In this document: piece after piece, positions 18,875 through 28,007 of the stretch | How positions within the stretch are numbered: the first letter of the stretch is position 1 | How the letters are laid out: each line of letters opens with the position of its first letter | Assembly: GCA_049317285.1 (NCBI GenBank) | Contig: JBMOIO010000001.1 | Span: 20,388-84,387, forward strand | DNA length: 64,000 bases | Source of the DNA: Minisyncoccia bacterium | GTDB lineage: Bacteria; Patescibacteriota; Minisyncoccia; Phycocordibacterales; UBA9973 | Direction of reading: 5' to 3' | Notes under the pieces: model-generated | Told to the model about the DNA's origin: nothing | The model's database searches: none | Seen by the model: only the letters and a program-made list of their open reading frames with translations | Made by a program: the position numbers and the translations under genes

Positions 18875-21800
18875 ATGAGCTTCGTCCACCTCCACACCCA
18901 CTCCCACTATTCCCTCCTCGACGGGCTCTCAAAGGTTCCTCAGCTAGTCAAAAAAGCAAAGGAGTTTGGCATGCCAGCGCTTGCGCTGACAGACCATGGC
19001 GCACTGTACGGCGCGATTGAGTTTTACAATGCGTGCAAGAAAGCGGATATCAAACCGATCATCGGCGTGGAAGCGTACATGGCAGAGCGCACGCGCTTTG
19101 ACAAAGAACCCGGGATAGATAGCAAGCGCTATCATCTGACACTCTTGGTAAAAAACAATGTCGGATACAAAAACATAATGAAGCTCGTCACCAAGAGTAA
19201 CCTCGAGGGCTTCTATTACAAACCGCGCATGGATATGGATTTGTTGCGCGAGCATGGAGACGGGATCATCTGCCTTTCCGGATGCCCGGGGAGCCGATTT
19301 ATCACTCATCTTAAAAATAACAATATTCTCGAAGCCGAAAATCTTCTCGCAGAATATATCGATATCTTCGGTAAAGAACATGTGTATGTCGAGGTGATGT
19401 ATCACAAAGAGGTGGACTGGTATATTCCACTTGTTCCAACGATTGTTGAGATAGCAAAAAAAATGGACCTCCCGATTGTCGGTACTTGGGACTCGCACTA
19501 CATCAATAAAGAAGATGCTGATGCGCAAGACACCTTGGTTGCAATCAATACCGGGACCGAAGTGGGCAACAGTAAAATTTCAATGAAGGCGGGCAACTAC
19601 TCCTTTATCTCTCCTGAAGAAGCAAAGGAGATATTCAAGGACATTCCGGGAGCAATAGAAAATACGCTCAAACTCGCAGAAACCGTTGACCTTGAAATTG
19701 AGCTTGCACCATGGAAATTCCCTACCTACCCTATTCCCGAAGGCTCAAACTACGACGATGAATTGAAAAACGGTGTATTGGCCGGACTCCCAGGAATCGG
19801 CTACGCCTATGAGGGAATCATCAAAGAGCGCGTGGATTTTGAACTTGATATCATCAAAAACAAAGGATTCTCTTCATACTTTTTAGTAGAAGCTGACTTG
19901 GTGCAAGCAGCACGACGCATGGGTATTCAGACAAACACTCGAGGAAGTGCCGCAGGTTCACTGGTTTCTTATGCGATGCGCATCACCACTGTCGACCCGA
20001 TCAAATACAAGCTCCCCTTCGAGCGTTTCTTGAACCCGCTTCGCCCGGGTATTCCTGATATCGACCTCGATATTGCCGACGACCGCCGAGACGACCTCAT
20101 CAACTATGCTCGAGAAAAATATGGCACCATGGCAGTCGCACAAATCTGTACCTTTGGAACGATGGCAGCACGAGGGAGTGTCCGCGATGTTGCACGAGCA
20201 CTCGGCTATCCCTATGCCGTGGGTGACAAAATTTCAAAAATGATTCCGATGGGGAGCCAGGGCTTCCCGATGACTATCGACCACGCGCTCGAAATAATTC
20301 CGGAGCTTAAAGAGGAGTACGACAACGACCGCGGAACAAAGGAAATCATCGATATGGCAAAAAAGATCGAGGGTAATGTCCGCCATATTTCTGTGCACGC
20401 CGCAGGTGTCATCATTGCGCCCACCCCGGACGTTTCAGACTACACCCCTATCCAATACGACCCGAAAGGTGAAACAAAAATCATCACGCAGTACGACATG
20501 TTCTCCGGCGGGCGCGACGGCGTGGTAAACCTGCCAAAGTTTGACATGCTCGGAATCCGAAATCTGCAGTTCATTTCAGGAACGCTTGATCGCATCAAGA
20601 AAATCCACGGTATTGATATCGATATCGATACTATTCCACTCGACGACAAGAAAGTGTTTGAAATGCTTACCCGCGGAGAGACTATGGGAGTATTCCAAAT
20701 GGCGGGCGACGGCATGACGCGCTATCTCAAAGAATTGAAACCGACCAAGCTCGAAGACCTCATGGCGATGGTTGCGCTCTATCGCCCTGGACCGATGGAA
20801 GTGATTCCAGAATACATCAGGCGCAAAGAAAATGCTCGCTTGATTAAATACCCTGACCCTCGCCTCAAAGACGACCTAGAGGCATCCTACGGCCTCTTGG
20901 TGTACCAAGACGATGTGTTGATCACCTCGATTCGATTGGCGGGCTACACCTGGCTCGACGCCGACAAATTCCGCAAGGCGATGGGAAAAAAGATTCCTGC
21001 TGAAATGGCTGAGCAGAAAGAAAAGTTCTACAAAGGCTGTATGGAGTACGGTGGATTAGAGACAGAAAAAATCGATGAACTCTGGCACTTGATTGAGCCG
21101 TTTGCAGCGTACGGCTTCAACAAGGCGCATGCGGCAAGCTATGGTATGGTCGCATATAAAACCGCCTATTTGAAAGCAAACTACCCGGCTGAATATCTCA
21201 GTGCATGTATGACTGCCGAGAGCGGGGACATTGAAACGTGTAGCGAATATATCAATGAAGCAAAGCGTATGGGCTTTACGATTCTCCCGCCTGACGTAAA
21301 TGAGTCATATTCCGACTTTACTGTCGTCGTGGAAGAGGGCGTTGTCACTAACAATATCCGTTTCGGGCTTCGCAATGTAAAAAACTTTGGTGAAGAAATC
21401 GGAAAAGCGATTATTGCGGAGAGAAAAGCCAAAGGGCCCTTTAAAACAATCGAGGACTTTCTCGAGCGCGTACAGCACAAGAACATGAACAAGAAATCCC
21501 TCGAAGCACTGATTATGTGCGGAGCGATGGATGCTTTTGGCGACAGAGGGGTGCTCTACGGAAACTCAGAAGAGCTCTTGGCATTTCATAAGGGGCTCAA
21601 AAACCATAATGGCGCTGGACAAGACTCGCTCTTTGCAGGCCTGGACTCAAACCCAAATGCAACCCTTACGCTCCGCAACACACCAGAGGCAACCATGGCG
21701 CAAAAGCTTACTTGGGAGAAAGAGCTCCTTGGGCTCTACATTTCCGGGCACCCGCTCGACAGTTTCCTTGAAAAAATCCAGAAAGCCGGAACAACCATTA

Positions 21801-22105
21801 AAAAACTTCTTAGTGAACCGACGGTACCTCAGCGCGAGCGCTTTACCAAAAAGAAACATTCCTACCTCCTTGTCGCCCATATTGATACGGCAAAAATCAT
21901 TATGACAAAGACAACGAGCTTGAAGATGGCTTTCCTTTCATTAACCGACAAAACTGGAACAATAGAAGGAGTGGTATTCCCTGAAACATTTAAAACAATA
22001 GGTCCGCTCATAAAAGAAGGCTGTATTGTGGCAATAAAGTGCACGTTTGCCGACCGCGACGAGCGAAGAAGTGTGCTGATTGACGACATCAAAATCCTCT
22101 CCTAA
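18875..22105 (+). CDS. dnaE: DNA polymerase III alpha subunit
   Basis: MSFVHLHTHSHYSLLDGLSKV (PHP domain)...GIPDIDLDIADDRRDD...FNKAHAASYGMVAYKTAYLKANYP; ATG 18875 preferred over GTG 18848. Confidence 0.9.
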   Translation: MSFVHLHTHSHYSLLDGLSKVPQLVKKAKEFGMPALALTDHGALYGAIEFYNACKKADIKPIIGVEAYMAERTRFDKEPGIDSKRYHLTLLVKNNVGYKNIMKLVTKSNLEGFYYKPRMDMDLLREHGDGIICLSGCPGSRFITHLKNNNILEAENLLAEYIDIFGKEHVYVEVMYHKEVDWYIPLVPTIVEIAKKMDLPIVGTWDSHYINKEDADAQDTLVAINTGTEVGNSKISMKAGNYSFISPEEAKEIFKDIPGAIENTLKLAETVDLEIELAPWKFPTYPIPEGSNYDDELKNGVLAGLPGIGYAYEGIIKERVDFELDIIKNKGFSSYFLVEADLVQAARRMGIQTNTRGSAAGSLVSYAMRITTVDPIKYKLPFERFLNPLRPGIPDIDLDIADDRRDDLINYAREKYGTMAVAQICTFGTMAARGSVRDVARALGYPYAVGDKISKMIPMGSQGFPMTIDHALEIIPELKEEYDNDRGTKEIIDMAKKIEGNVRHISVHAAGVIIAPTPDVSDYTPIQYDPKGETKIITQYDMFSGGRDGVVNLPKFDMLGIRNLQFISGTLDRIKKIHGIDIDIDTIPLDDKKVFEMLTRGETMGVFQMAGDGMTRYLKELKPTKLEDLMAMVALYRPGPMEVIPEYIRRKENARLIKYPDPRLKDDLEASYGLLVYQDDVLITSIRLAGYTWLDADKFRKAMGKKIPAEMAEQKEKFYKGCMEYGGLETEKIDELWHLIEPFAAYGFNKAHAASYGMVAYKTAYLKANYPAEYLSACMTAESGDIETCSEYINEAKRMGFTILPPDVNESYSDFTVVVEEGVVTNNIRFGLRNVKNFGEEIGKAIIAERKAKGPFKTIEDFLERVQHKNMNKKSLEALIMCGAMDAFGDRGVLYGNSEELLAFHKGLKNHNGAGQDSLFAGLDSNPNATLTLRNTPEATMAQKLTWEKELLGLYISGHPLDSFLEKIQKAGTTIKKLLSEPTVPQRERFTKKKHSYLLVAHIDTAKIIMTKTTSLKMAFLSLTDKTGTIEGVVFPETFKTIGPLIKEGCIVAIKCTFADRDERRSVLIDDIKILS

Positions 22106-22127
22106 CACTCTTCTTCCCGACTCTTGA

Positions 22128-22160
22128 CTTGACTTTTAAATGTGTTTTGGTATTATAGAG
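22128..22160 (+). promoter_or_regulatory. candidate sigma70 promoter (TTGACT ... TATTAT) for ORF 22180
   Basis: cTTGACTTGACTtttaaatgtgttttggTATTATag about 20 nt upstream of ATG 22180. Confidence 0.3.
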
Positions 22161-22179
22161 ATAACCAAACTATAGTTCT

Positions 22180-22500
22180 ATGAATACGTTAAGAGATTTC
22201 ACGATTAGTGTCCTTAATTATTATTTTGGACTACGAAATGAGCCAGGAAGAAAAAAGACTAATAATGACTGGGAAATTGCTTGTACCCATGTCTACCAAT
22301 TAGCTCAGCAAGACTATCCTGATTTTAAAGAATTTAAAAGCGCTATCGGAAAAGACCGTAAGGCGTATAAAGAAGAAAGAGAACTCGCAAAATCCTCTAC
22401 TCCTGTAGAAAAAGTAGCAGTAATAAAAAGGACTATTGCAAGAGTAGTTCAAGGAGAACTCTTTCCCCCATCATGGTCTGAAAGAATTTCAATGACCTAG
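22180..22500 (+). CDS. hypothetical protein in AT-rich patch
   Basis: 106-aa ORF with promoter-like motif upstream and two hairpin terminators downstream; no family recognised. Confidence 0.4.
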   Translation: MNTLRDFTISVLNYYFGLRNEPGRKKTNNDWEIACTHVYQLAQQDYPDFKEFKSAIGKDRKAYKEERELAKSSTPVEKVAVIKRTIARVVQGELFPPSWSERISMT

Positions 22501-22505
22501 CAATG

Positions 22506-22534
22506 AAGAACGGCAACTGAGCCGTTCTTTTTTA
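22506..22534 (+). terminator. rho-independent terminator
   Basis: gaacggc aactga gccgttc tttttt. Confidence 0.65.
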
Positions 22535-22546
22535 CTCCCCGCATAA

Positions 22547-22580
22547 CAAAAATCCCTGACCGTTCGGTCAGGGATTTTTG
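22547..22580. terminator. bidirectional terminator hairpin
   Basis: aaaaatccctgacc gttc ggtcagggattttt; lies 3' of minus gene 22590-23171. Confidence 0.65.
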
Positions 22581-22589
22581 GAATAGTCT

Positions 22590-23171
22590 TTAGGCTTCAG
22601 CGATTACCACTGTTGCTTCAATTTTATTCATAAGAGCAATCACTTCATTAGCGTATGTTGGTACGACTGATGGAGGGTTGTACGCTTCGAGTTTACCGCG
22701 AAGCGTCTTACCGCCATAAGCGCGGGCCGTGCGGGGATTGTTACCACCAAGGTTGGTTGCAACGATCTCGATCGCATGGTCCCAGCTCTTAAAGTTGATT
22801 TTACATGAACCGAATCCAAACGGACTATAGGTGACACTTTTACAAGCGTGCTTACCACCAGTACTTTCGCGAACCGCGAGAGCTGGGATAATACGCCAGT
22901 CAATGTTGTTTTTTTCAGCTTCAATCACCATTTTCATACCAGTACCTGCAAGGGGCATATTACGCTTTGCAAAGTACGCATCGATTTTGGCAGCCTTCTC
23001 CTCTCTTTCCACTTGGAGTTTTGCTTCTTCTGCAGAAACTTCTGTTTGTGCGATGATTGGTGCAATTGCATTGTTCACTGAGGCCGTAAAGGCGTTCATT
23101 GAGATTGCAGTTGCTACTAACGGTACGATAATAAAGGACTTTGTTATTGAATATAGTTTTGTTGAACTCAT
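22590..23171 (-). CDS. secreted hypothetical protein (possible cell-wall glycosidase-like C-terminal domain; weak)
   Basis: N-terminal hydrophobic signal/anchor; C-terminal ...ALAVRESTGGKHACKSVTYSPFGFG... Confidence 0.5.
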   Translation of the reverse strand: MSSTKLYSITKSFIIVPLVATAISMNAFTASVNNAIAPIIAQTEVSAEEAKLQVEREEKAAKIDAYFAKRNMPLAGTGMKMVIEAEKNNIDWRIIPALAVRESTGGKHACKSVTYSPFGFGSCKINFKSWDHAIEIVATNLGGNNPRTARAYGGKTLRGKLEAYNPPSVVPTYANEVIALMNKIEATVVIAEA

Positions 23172-23351
23172 AGTTCCCGGTTGAGCTCCGGGGGAACTTC
23201 ATAGCAGTATATTTCCACACTGAATATCTGATGAATCAGTCTTCAAATGAAAATTCCTTATACAATTAATTGCTAAGGAAGTTCTTTTATAGTATCACAA
23301 AGCTTTATTTTTGTCAATAGTTATACAATGGAAACTACTACTGTCAAACAT

Positions 23352-23381
23352 AAAATACCCTTATAAAATAAGGGTATTTTA
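23352..23381 (-). terminator. rho-independent terminator after secA
   Basis: aaatacccttat aaaa taagggtatttt. Confidence 0.6.
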
Positions 23382-23434
23382 GAGGACATAACTTGCCACC
23401 TTGGCAAATAAATTGTCTTATTATTATGCTATTA

Positions 23435-25753
23435 CTAGACTTTATCGCTCACCCCTGCCGTGAGCTTCGTAATCCCATTGCTGAGGCTGATTACTTGGTC
23501 TTTTAAGCGCTCCTCCATCTCTTTAAAGAGTCGAGTTGACTCCTTTTTGTACTCAACAAGAGGTTCGCGCTGGCCGTATGCTCGAAGCCCTACTGACTGA
23601 CGGAGGTATTCCATAGTGTCGATGTGCTCGACCCACAGTGTATCGGTAGTAAACAGGATGACTCGACGAACATTCTCCCAAAAAGCGTCTTCGCCTACAA
23701 GAGCGGTCTTTTCCTTTACAATCGATTCCAACTGCTCCAGTTCTCCAAGAGTATAGAAAGTACTGATTACATGCCCTCGGTCCCCTTCTACCATTGCTCG
23801 TCGTCGGCTATAGATTTGCTCTCGCTGATACGAAAGAATCGTGTCATATTCCAGCGTGTGCTTTCGAGCGTCAAAGTGGAAGCCTTCGATCTTCTTCTGC
23901 GCACTTTCAAGTGCACGGGAAACAATACTGTTTTGAATTGCTTCGTCTTCCGGCAAGCCCAATCGCGCCATCATGGTCTTAATGCGCTCGCTTCCGAATA
24001 CGCGCATCAGCTCGTCCTCAAGAGAAACATAAAACTGTGTTTCGCCGGGGTCTCCCTGTCGTCCCGCTCGTCCGCGAAGCTGGTTATCGATACGGCGCGC
24101 TTCATGGCGCTCGGTACCGATGACAAAGAGTCCGCCAAGCATTTTCACCTCCTCCTGCTCACTCAGATTTGAAGGGTTGCCTCCGAGAATAATATCCACC
24201 CCTCGCCCTGCCATGTTGGTAGCGATGACTACAGAACCCTTGCGGCCTGCCTGTGCTGTCACTGTTCCTTCTTGTTCGTGGTTTTTCGCATTCAAAATCT
24301 GGTGCGGAATGCCTTCGCGCTTCAAATATGCTCCTAAGAGTTCGTTTTTTTCCACTGACACCGTACCGATCAGTACCGGCTGCCCTTTTTCATGGAGCTC
24401 TTTTACTTTTTTTGCTATCGCCTTGAATTTTCCTTCTTCTGTTTGGAAGATAAGATCGTTGTGGTCGATACGCTGTGTCTTTTTATTGGTCGGCACAGTA
24501 ACAACAGAGAGTCCGTACACTTTTGTAAACTCTTCTTCATTGGTCTTTGCCGTCCCTGTCATACCAGAGAGCTTTTCGTAGAATTTAAAATAGTTCTGGT
24601 AGGTAATAGAAGCAACAGAACGTGTTTCCTGCTCAATCTTTACGCCCTCCTTCGCCTCAATTGCCTGGTGTAAGCCCTCAGACCAGCGTCGGCCTGGCTG
24701 CATACGCCCAGTAAAGGGGTCGACAATAATCACCTCTCCGTCTTTGATCACATAGTCTTTATCTTTTGCAAAGAGCGCGCGGGCGCGAATCGCAGTTTCG
24801 AGGTAGTGGACATACTTAATCCCCTTTTCAGTATACATATCAGTAATACCAAGCATCTTTTCAGCCTTGGTAATCCCTTCGTCGGTAAGCTGAATTGCCT
24901 TGAGCTTTTCGTCTACAGTATAGTCAGTATCGACGACAAGCTTCATTGCAACACCTGCAACGGTTTTATAAAGCGCTGCTGAGTCTGCAACTGCGCTTGA
25001 AATAATCAAAGGGGTGCGGGACTCATCAATCAAAATAGAGTCCACTTCGTCGACGACGGCAAAGTAGTGTCCGCGCTGGACAATATCTTCTTTGGAACTT
25101 ACAAGATTGTCACGCAAGTAATCAAAGCCGAACTGACTGTTGGTACCATAGGTAATATCAGCACTATACGCATCGCGACGGCTCACTGGACGCAAAAACT
25201 GCTGCACTACTTTAAACGAACCTTCTTCGTCGCGCTCCTCATCGAGCTCTTGATGTGTTGGATCGTACACAAAAGATTTTGACTGGTCGTTGATGACGCC
25301 AATAGAAAGGCCCAGGAAATTATAGATTTGCCCCATCCAAGTCGCATCACGCCTTGCAAGGTAGTCGTTGACTGTCACCACATGAACTCCGCGACCAGTC
25401 AGTGCATTTAAATAGACTGGCAATGTCCCTACCAATGTCTTTCCTTCACCGGTGCGCATCTCAGCAATGTTTCCTCCGTTGAGTACCATTCCTCCAATCA
25501 GCTGTACATCATAGTGGCGTTTGCCAGATGTTCGTTTTGCGGCCTCTCGAACGAGTGCAAATGCACGAGGGAGAATGTCCTCGAGAGATTCGCCAGCTGC
25601 CAGTCGGGCCTTAAGCTCTGCCGTTTGTATCGGGAAGTCTTCGTCTGTCAATAGCGCGATAGATTCCTCCAAATCATTGATGCTTTTTACCCTTTTTTCG
25701 TATTGTTTTATTGCTCCTTTATCAAACAGGGTTTGGAAAAATGTGAATGCCAT
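23435..25753 (-). CDS. secA: preprotein translocase ATPase SecA
   Basis: AEMRTGEGKTLVGTLPVYLNALTGRGVHVVTVNDYLARRD...TNMAGRGVDIILGGNP; 772 aa (no C-terminal zinc-binding tail). Confidence 0.9.
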   Translation of the reverse strand: MAFTFFQTLFDKGAIKQYEKRVKSINDLEESIALLTDEDFPIQTAELKARLAAGESLEDILPRAFALVREAAKRTSGKRHYDVQLIGGMVLNGGNIAEMRTGEGKTLVGTLPVYLNALTGRGVHVVTVNDYLARRDATWMGQIYNFLGLSIGVINDQSKSFVYDPTHQELDEERDEEGSFKVVQQFLRPVSRRDAYSADITYGTNSQFGFDYLRDNLVSSKEDIVQRGHYFAVVDEVDSILIDESRTPLIISSAVADSAALYKTVAGVAMKLVVDTDYTVDEKLKAIQLTDEGITKAEKMLGITDMYTEKGIKYVHYLETAIRARALFAKDKDYVIKDGEVIIVDPFTGRMQPGRRWSEGLHQAIEAKEGVKIEQETRSVASITYQNYFKFYEKLSGMTGTAKTNEEEFTKVYGLSVVTVPTNKKTQRIDHNDLIFQTEEGKFKAIAKKVKELHEKGQPVLIGTVSVEKNELLGAYLKREGIPHQILNAKNHEQEGTVTAQAGRKGSVVIATNMAGRGVDIILGGNPSNLSEQEEVKMLGGLFVIGTERHEARRIDNQLRGRAGRQGDPGETQFYVSLEDELMRVFGSERIKTMMARLGLPEDEAIQNSIVSRALESAQKKIEGFHFDARKHTLEYDTILSYQREQIYSRRRAMVEGDRGHVISTFYTLGELEQLESIVKEKTALVGEDAFWENVRRVILFTTDTLWVEHIDTMEYLRQSVGLRAYGQREPLVEYKKESTRLFKEMEERLKDQVISLSNGITKLTAGVSDKV

Positions 25754-25804
25754 AAGAACCTCATTTTACCACAAAAACACCCTCTTTAAAAGACACCCAA
25801 ATAG

Positions 25805-25838
25805 CACAAAACCGCGGCCTTGTTGTCGCGGTTTTGTG
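25805..25838 (-). terminator. terminator hairpin downstream of the lysine-rich small gene
   Basis: cacaaaaccgcg gccttgttgt cgcggttttgtg. Confidence 0.55.
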
Positions 25839-25868
25839 TAAGTGGAAAGAGAGTGAGTGAGAAAAAGA

Positions 25869-26009
25869 CTATTTCTTTTTCTTCTTAGCAACCTTTTTCT
25901 TAGCTGCTTTCTTTACTGCTTTTTTAGCAACCTTCTTTACTGCTTTCTTAACTGTCTTTTTAACAGCCTTCTTCACAGCTTTCTTGGCTACCTTTCTTTT
26001 TGCTGCCAT
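25869..26009 (-). CDS. 46-aa lysine/alanine-rich histone H1-like basic protein (not in ORF track)
   Basis: MAAKRKVAKKAVKKAVKKTVKKAVKKVAKKAVKKAAKKKVAKKKKK; KKAV heptad-like repeats as in bacterial histone H1-like proteins (Hc1/AlgP type); terminator downstream. Confidence 0.45.
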   Translation of the reverse strand: MAAKRKVAKKAVKKAVKKTVKKAVKKVAKKAVKKAAKKKVAKKKKK

Positions 26010-26212
26010 AAATTTATGCGTAAGTTTATCTAGTAATACATCTGTGATGATCGACCACTGATTGTGATTGAACGCGTTACCACCACATGTATGTATATTA
26101 TCTCTCGCGCGTGATACACAAGCAATATTTTTTTATAAAAAACTGTGGATAACTCACTTTTTTTATAAAAATGTAAATGCAAATCGTTTGCGTTTATTTT
26201 CTTTAGAAGGCT

Positions 26213-27553
26213 TTATTGCGGATCAAAGATGCTATGCGGGAGTAGTTCTCCGTTTAACAATCGCGCAATGCGCTCTGCTCCATACACCGATGTAAGAATA
26301 CCGACGCCATTACAACCGAGATTATATAAGAGCCGTTTGTTTTTTGGTTCAAACCCCACCATGCGTACCCAGCTTTTTGTATACCCCATCAGTCCATGCC
26401 AATAGTAGTCCATATGCGGATGATGTTTGTAATGAAGAGATGAAAATGTTCCAAGTGCATCACTAATTTCAAGTGGGTATTCTTTGTGTGCGTCGTACGT
26501 TGCGCGGTCTGGGAGGTACACTTCTGGTCCACCAATACATACAAGATTGTGCGTTGCATTACTCTCGTCTTCAAATGGCCTGCGTGTTGTATAAAAATAA
26601 GGATTCCCTTCGCTTACTAATGCATGCGAATAAATGCTCGCAAAAGGTGCTCGATTGAGCCCTTCTTTGTACGCTGCCATATACCCCACTACCCCTTCAA
26701 CCTCCATATGAAATGCAGTATCGATATCGGCACCGCTTGGATTATCGATTTGTATCGACTCAAAACCATTTGTACACAATACAACAGTGGTTGTTGTCAC
26801 CATATTGATTCCGGTGTGGACCAATACCTCGCTCTCATTCAATACGACACGCGACACAGAGGTGTGTTCTTTGAGAATAAACCGCTCTGGAAATGTTGCG
26901 AGCAAGTACCCCGTAAGCTCTTCAGTAAACAGCGCGCTATTCATACAGCCAGAAAGAAATGGGAGTGCGGCAATATACTGCGTATCAGTCGTTTCTAAAA
27001 GTGCGAGAATATTTTCCTGGGCAACTACTAGTGTGTACGGCGTATATTCGCGTGGGATCATCCCGTGATCCACCCATTCTTTTGCTATCAACAGCGGGCG
27101 TACACGAAGACCCGCTTTTGCCTTAAGGGACAAATCATGAAGCGCTTCAATAACCTGGCGCTCAAGAGAAAGGCCATTGTATCCGATAAACTGCGAGAAT
27201 GGCGTCGAAAGTTCGGCATGCGCAAAAATATGCTCCAAGAGTGTGCGTGCATCTTCTTCAATTGCTCTGTGAGCTGCAGCTGTCTGCACTATGCCATAGC
27301 GCTCGGCGAGCTCGGTAAAGGTCTTTTCAAAATAACTCGTAATCTGTCCTGCATTATGCCCCGTTGCGCCATGAGCAACTTTCCCCGCCTCAAGCAGGAC
27401 TACACTCTTATTTGTTTTTGTGAGTATAAAATAGGCGGTTGTAATCCCTGCGATCCCCCCTCCTATAATAGTGGTGTCGACTGTAAGGTTCGAAGAAAGT
27501 GGTTCAACAGGTCGGGTTCGTTTGAGCTGGACTATCCAAGGCGAGTGATTCAT
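26213..27553 (-). CDS. FAD-dependent oxidoreductase (DAO superfamily)
   Basis: TIIGGGIAGITTAYFILTK...VLLEAGKVAHGATGHNAGQ Rossmann GxGxxG; start placed at MNHSPW (cat 27551-27553), outside the terminator hairpin. Confidence 0.7.
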   Translation of the reverse strand: MNHSPWIVQLKRTRPVEPLSSNLTVDTTIIGGGIAGITTAYFILTKTNKSVVLLEAGKVAHGATGHNAGQITSYFEKTFTELAERYGIVQTAAAHRAIEEDARTLLEHIFAHAELSTPFSQFIGYNGLSLERQVIEALHDLSLKAKAGLRVRPLLIAKEWVDHGMIPREYTPYTLVVAQENILALLETTDTQYIAALPFLSGCMNSALFTEELTGYLLATFPERFILKEHTSVSRVVLNESEVLVHTGINMVTTTTVVLCTNGFESIQIDNPSGADIDTAFHMEVEGVVGYMAAYKEGLNRAPFASIYSHALVSEGNPYFYTTRRPFEDESNATHNLVCIGGPEVYLPDRATYDAHKEYPLEISDALGTFSSLHYKHHPHMDYYWHGLMGYTKSWVRMVGFEPKNKRLLYNLGCNGVGILTSVYGAERIARLLNGELLPHSIFDPQ

Positions 27554-27573
27554 AGGTATCAGTATACCAAAAG

Positions 27574-27603
27574 AAAAAAACATCCGTTTAAGGATGTTTT
27601 TTC
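27574..27603. terminator. rho-independent terminator 3' of rnpB
   Basis: aaaaaacatcc gtttaa ggatgtttttt. Confidence 0.65.
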
Positions 27604-27606
27604 ATG

Positions 27607-27958
27607 TGTTGTACTCGTAAGCCGAATTCTGTTTTATCGATCATTTATCTGGGAGAGTTGTTACCAACTCCCTCAAGCAGCACTCCCCACGTCGCTCTTG
27701 CGAGCTATGCGGGGCACGGCCTTGCACACGAGTAAGGATTTAGCCGTTTCATTCTGTATGTTGCCATACAGATTCGCCCCACTTCGCCGAAGCTCCGCGG
27801 GGCGGCTTTCGCTTTCGCTCCAGCCGTCACTGTTCGCACCTCGTAGCTTGCGCTAGACGGGAATTACCCGCTACCTGTACGAATTAAATCGTTGTGTGTT
27901 CGGACTTTCCTTACCACTTCACCCAAAGGGCTCCGCGGCACGATCGAGCGGTACAACC
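27607..27958 (-). ncRNA. rnpB: RNase P RNA (bacterial type)
   Basis: Minus strand shows P4 5' strand GGAAAGTCCGAAC and P4 3' strand ACAGAAtTCGGCTTA, GTGCTGCTTGAGGGAG (compare E. coli GUAGGCUGCUUGAGCC), and P1 pairing GTTGTAC...GTACAAC at the ends; GC-rich structured ~350-nt intergenic region flanked by two terminators. Confidence 0.7.
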
Positions 27959-27973
27959 CCTCCATTATGCATA

Positions 27974-28006
27974 TAAAAAAACCTCATGCAATATGAGGTT
28001 TTTTTA
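27974..28006 (-). terminator. terminator after nrdA
   Basis: aaaaaaacctcat gcaat atgaggttttttt. Confidence 0.7.
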
Positions 28007-28007
28007 T

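Noticed and set aside
18944-19528. Large antisense ORFs inside dnaE, secA, rpsA, gyrB, the helicase, smc and others (for example 18944-19528, 23624-24172, 2885-3376, 49747-50214, 42759-43411)
   Set aside because: They are shadow ORFs opposite well-supported conserved genes, with no independent signals.
27610-27960. Protein-coding interpretation of 27065-27856 and 27894-28226 track ORFs
   Set aside because: The region matches RNase P RNA P4 and P1 elements on the minus strand and is bracketed by terminators, so the ORFs are artefacts of GC-rich structured RNA.
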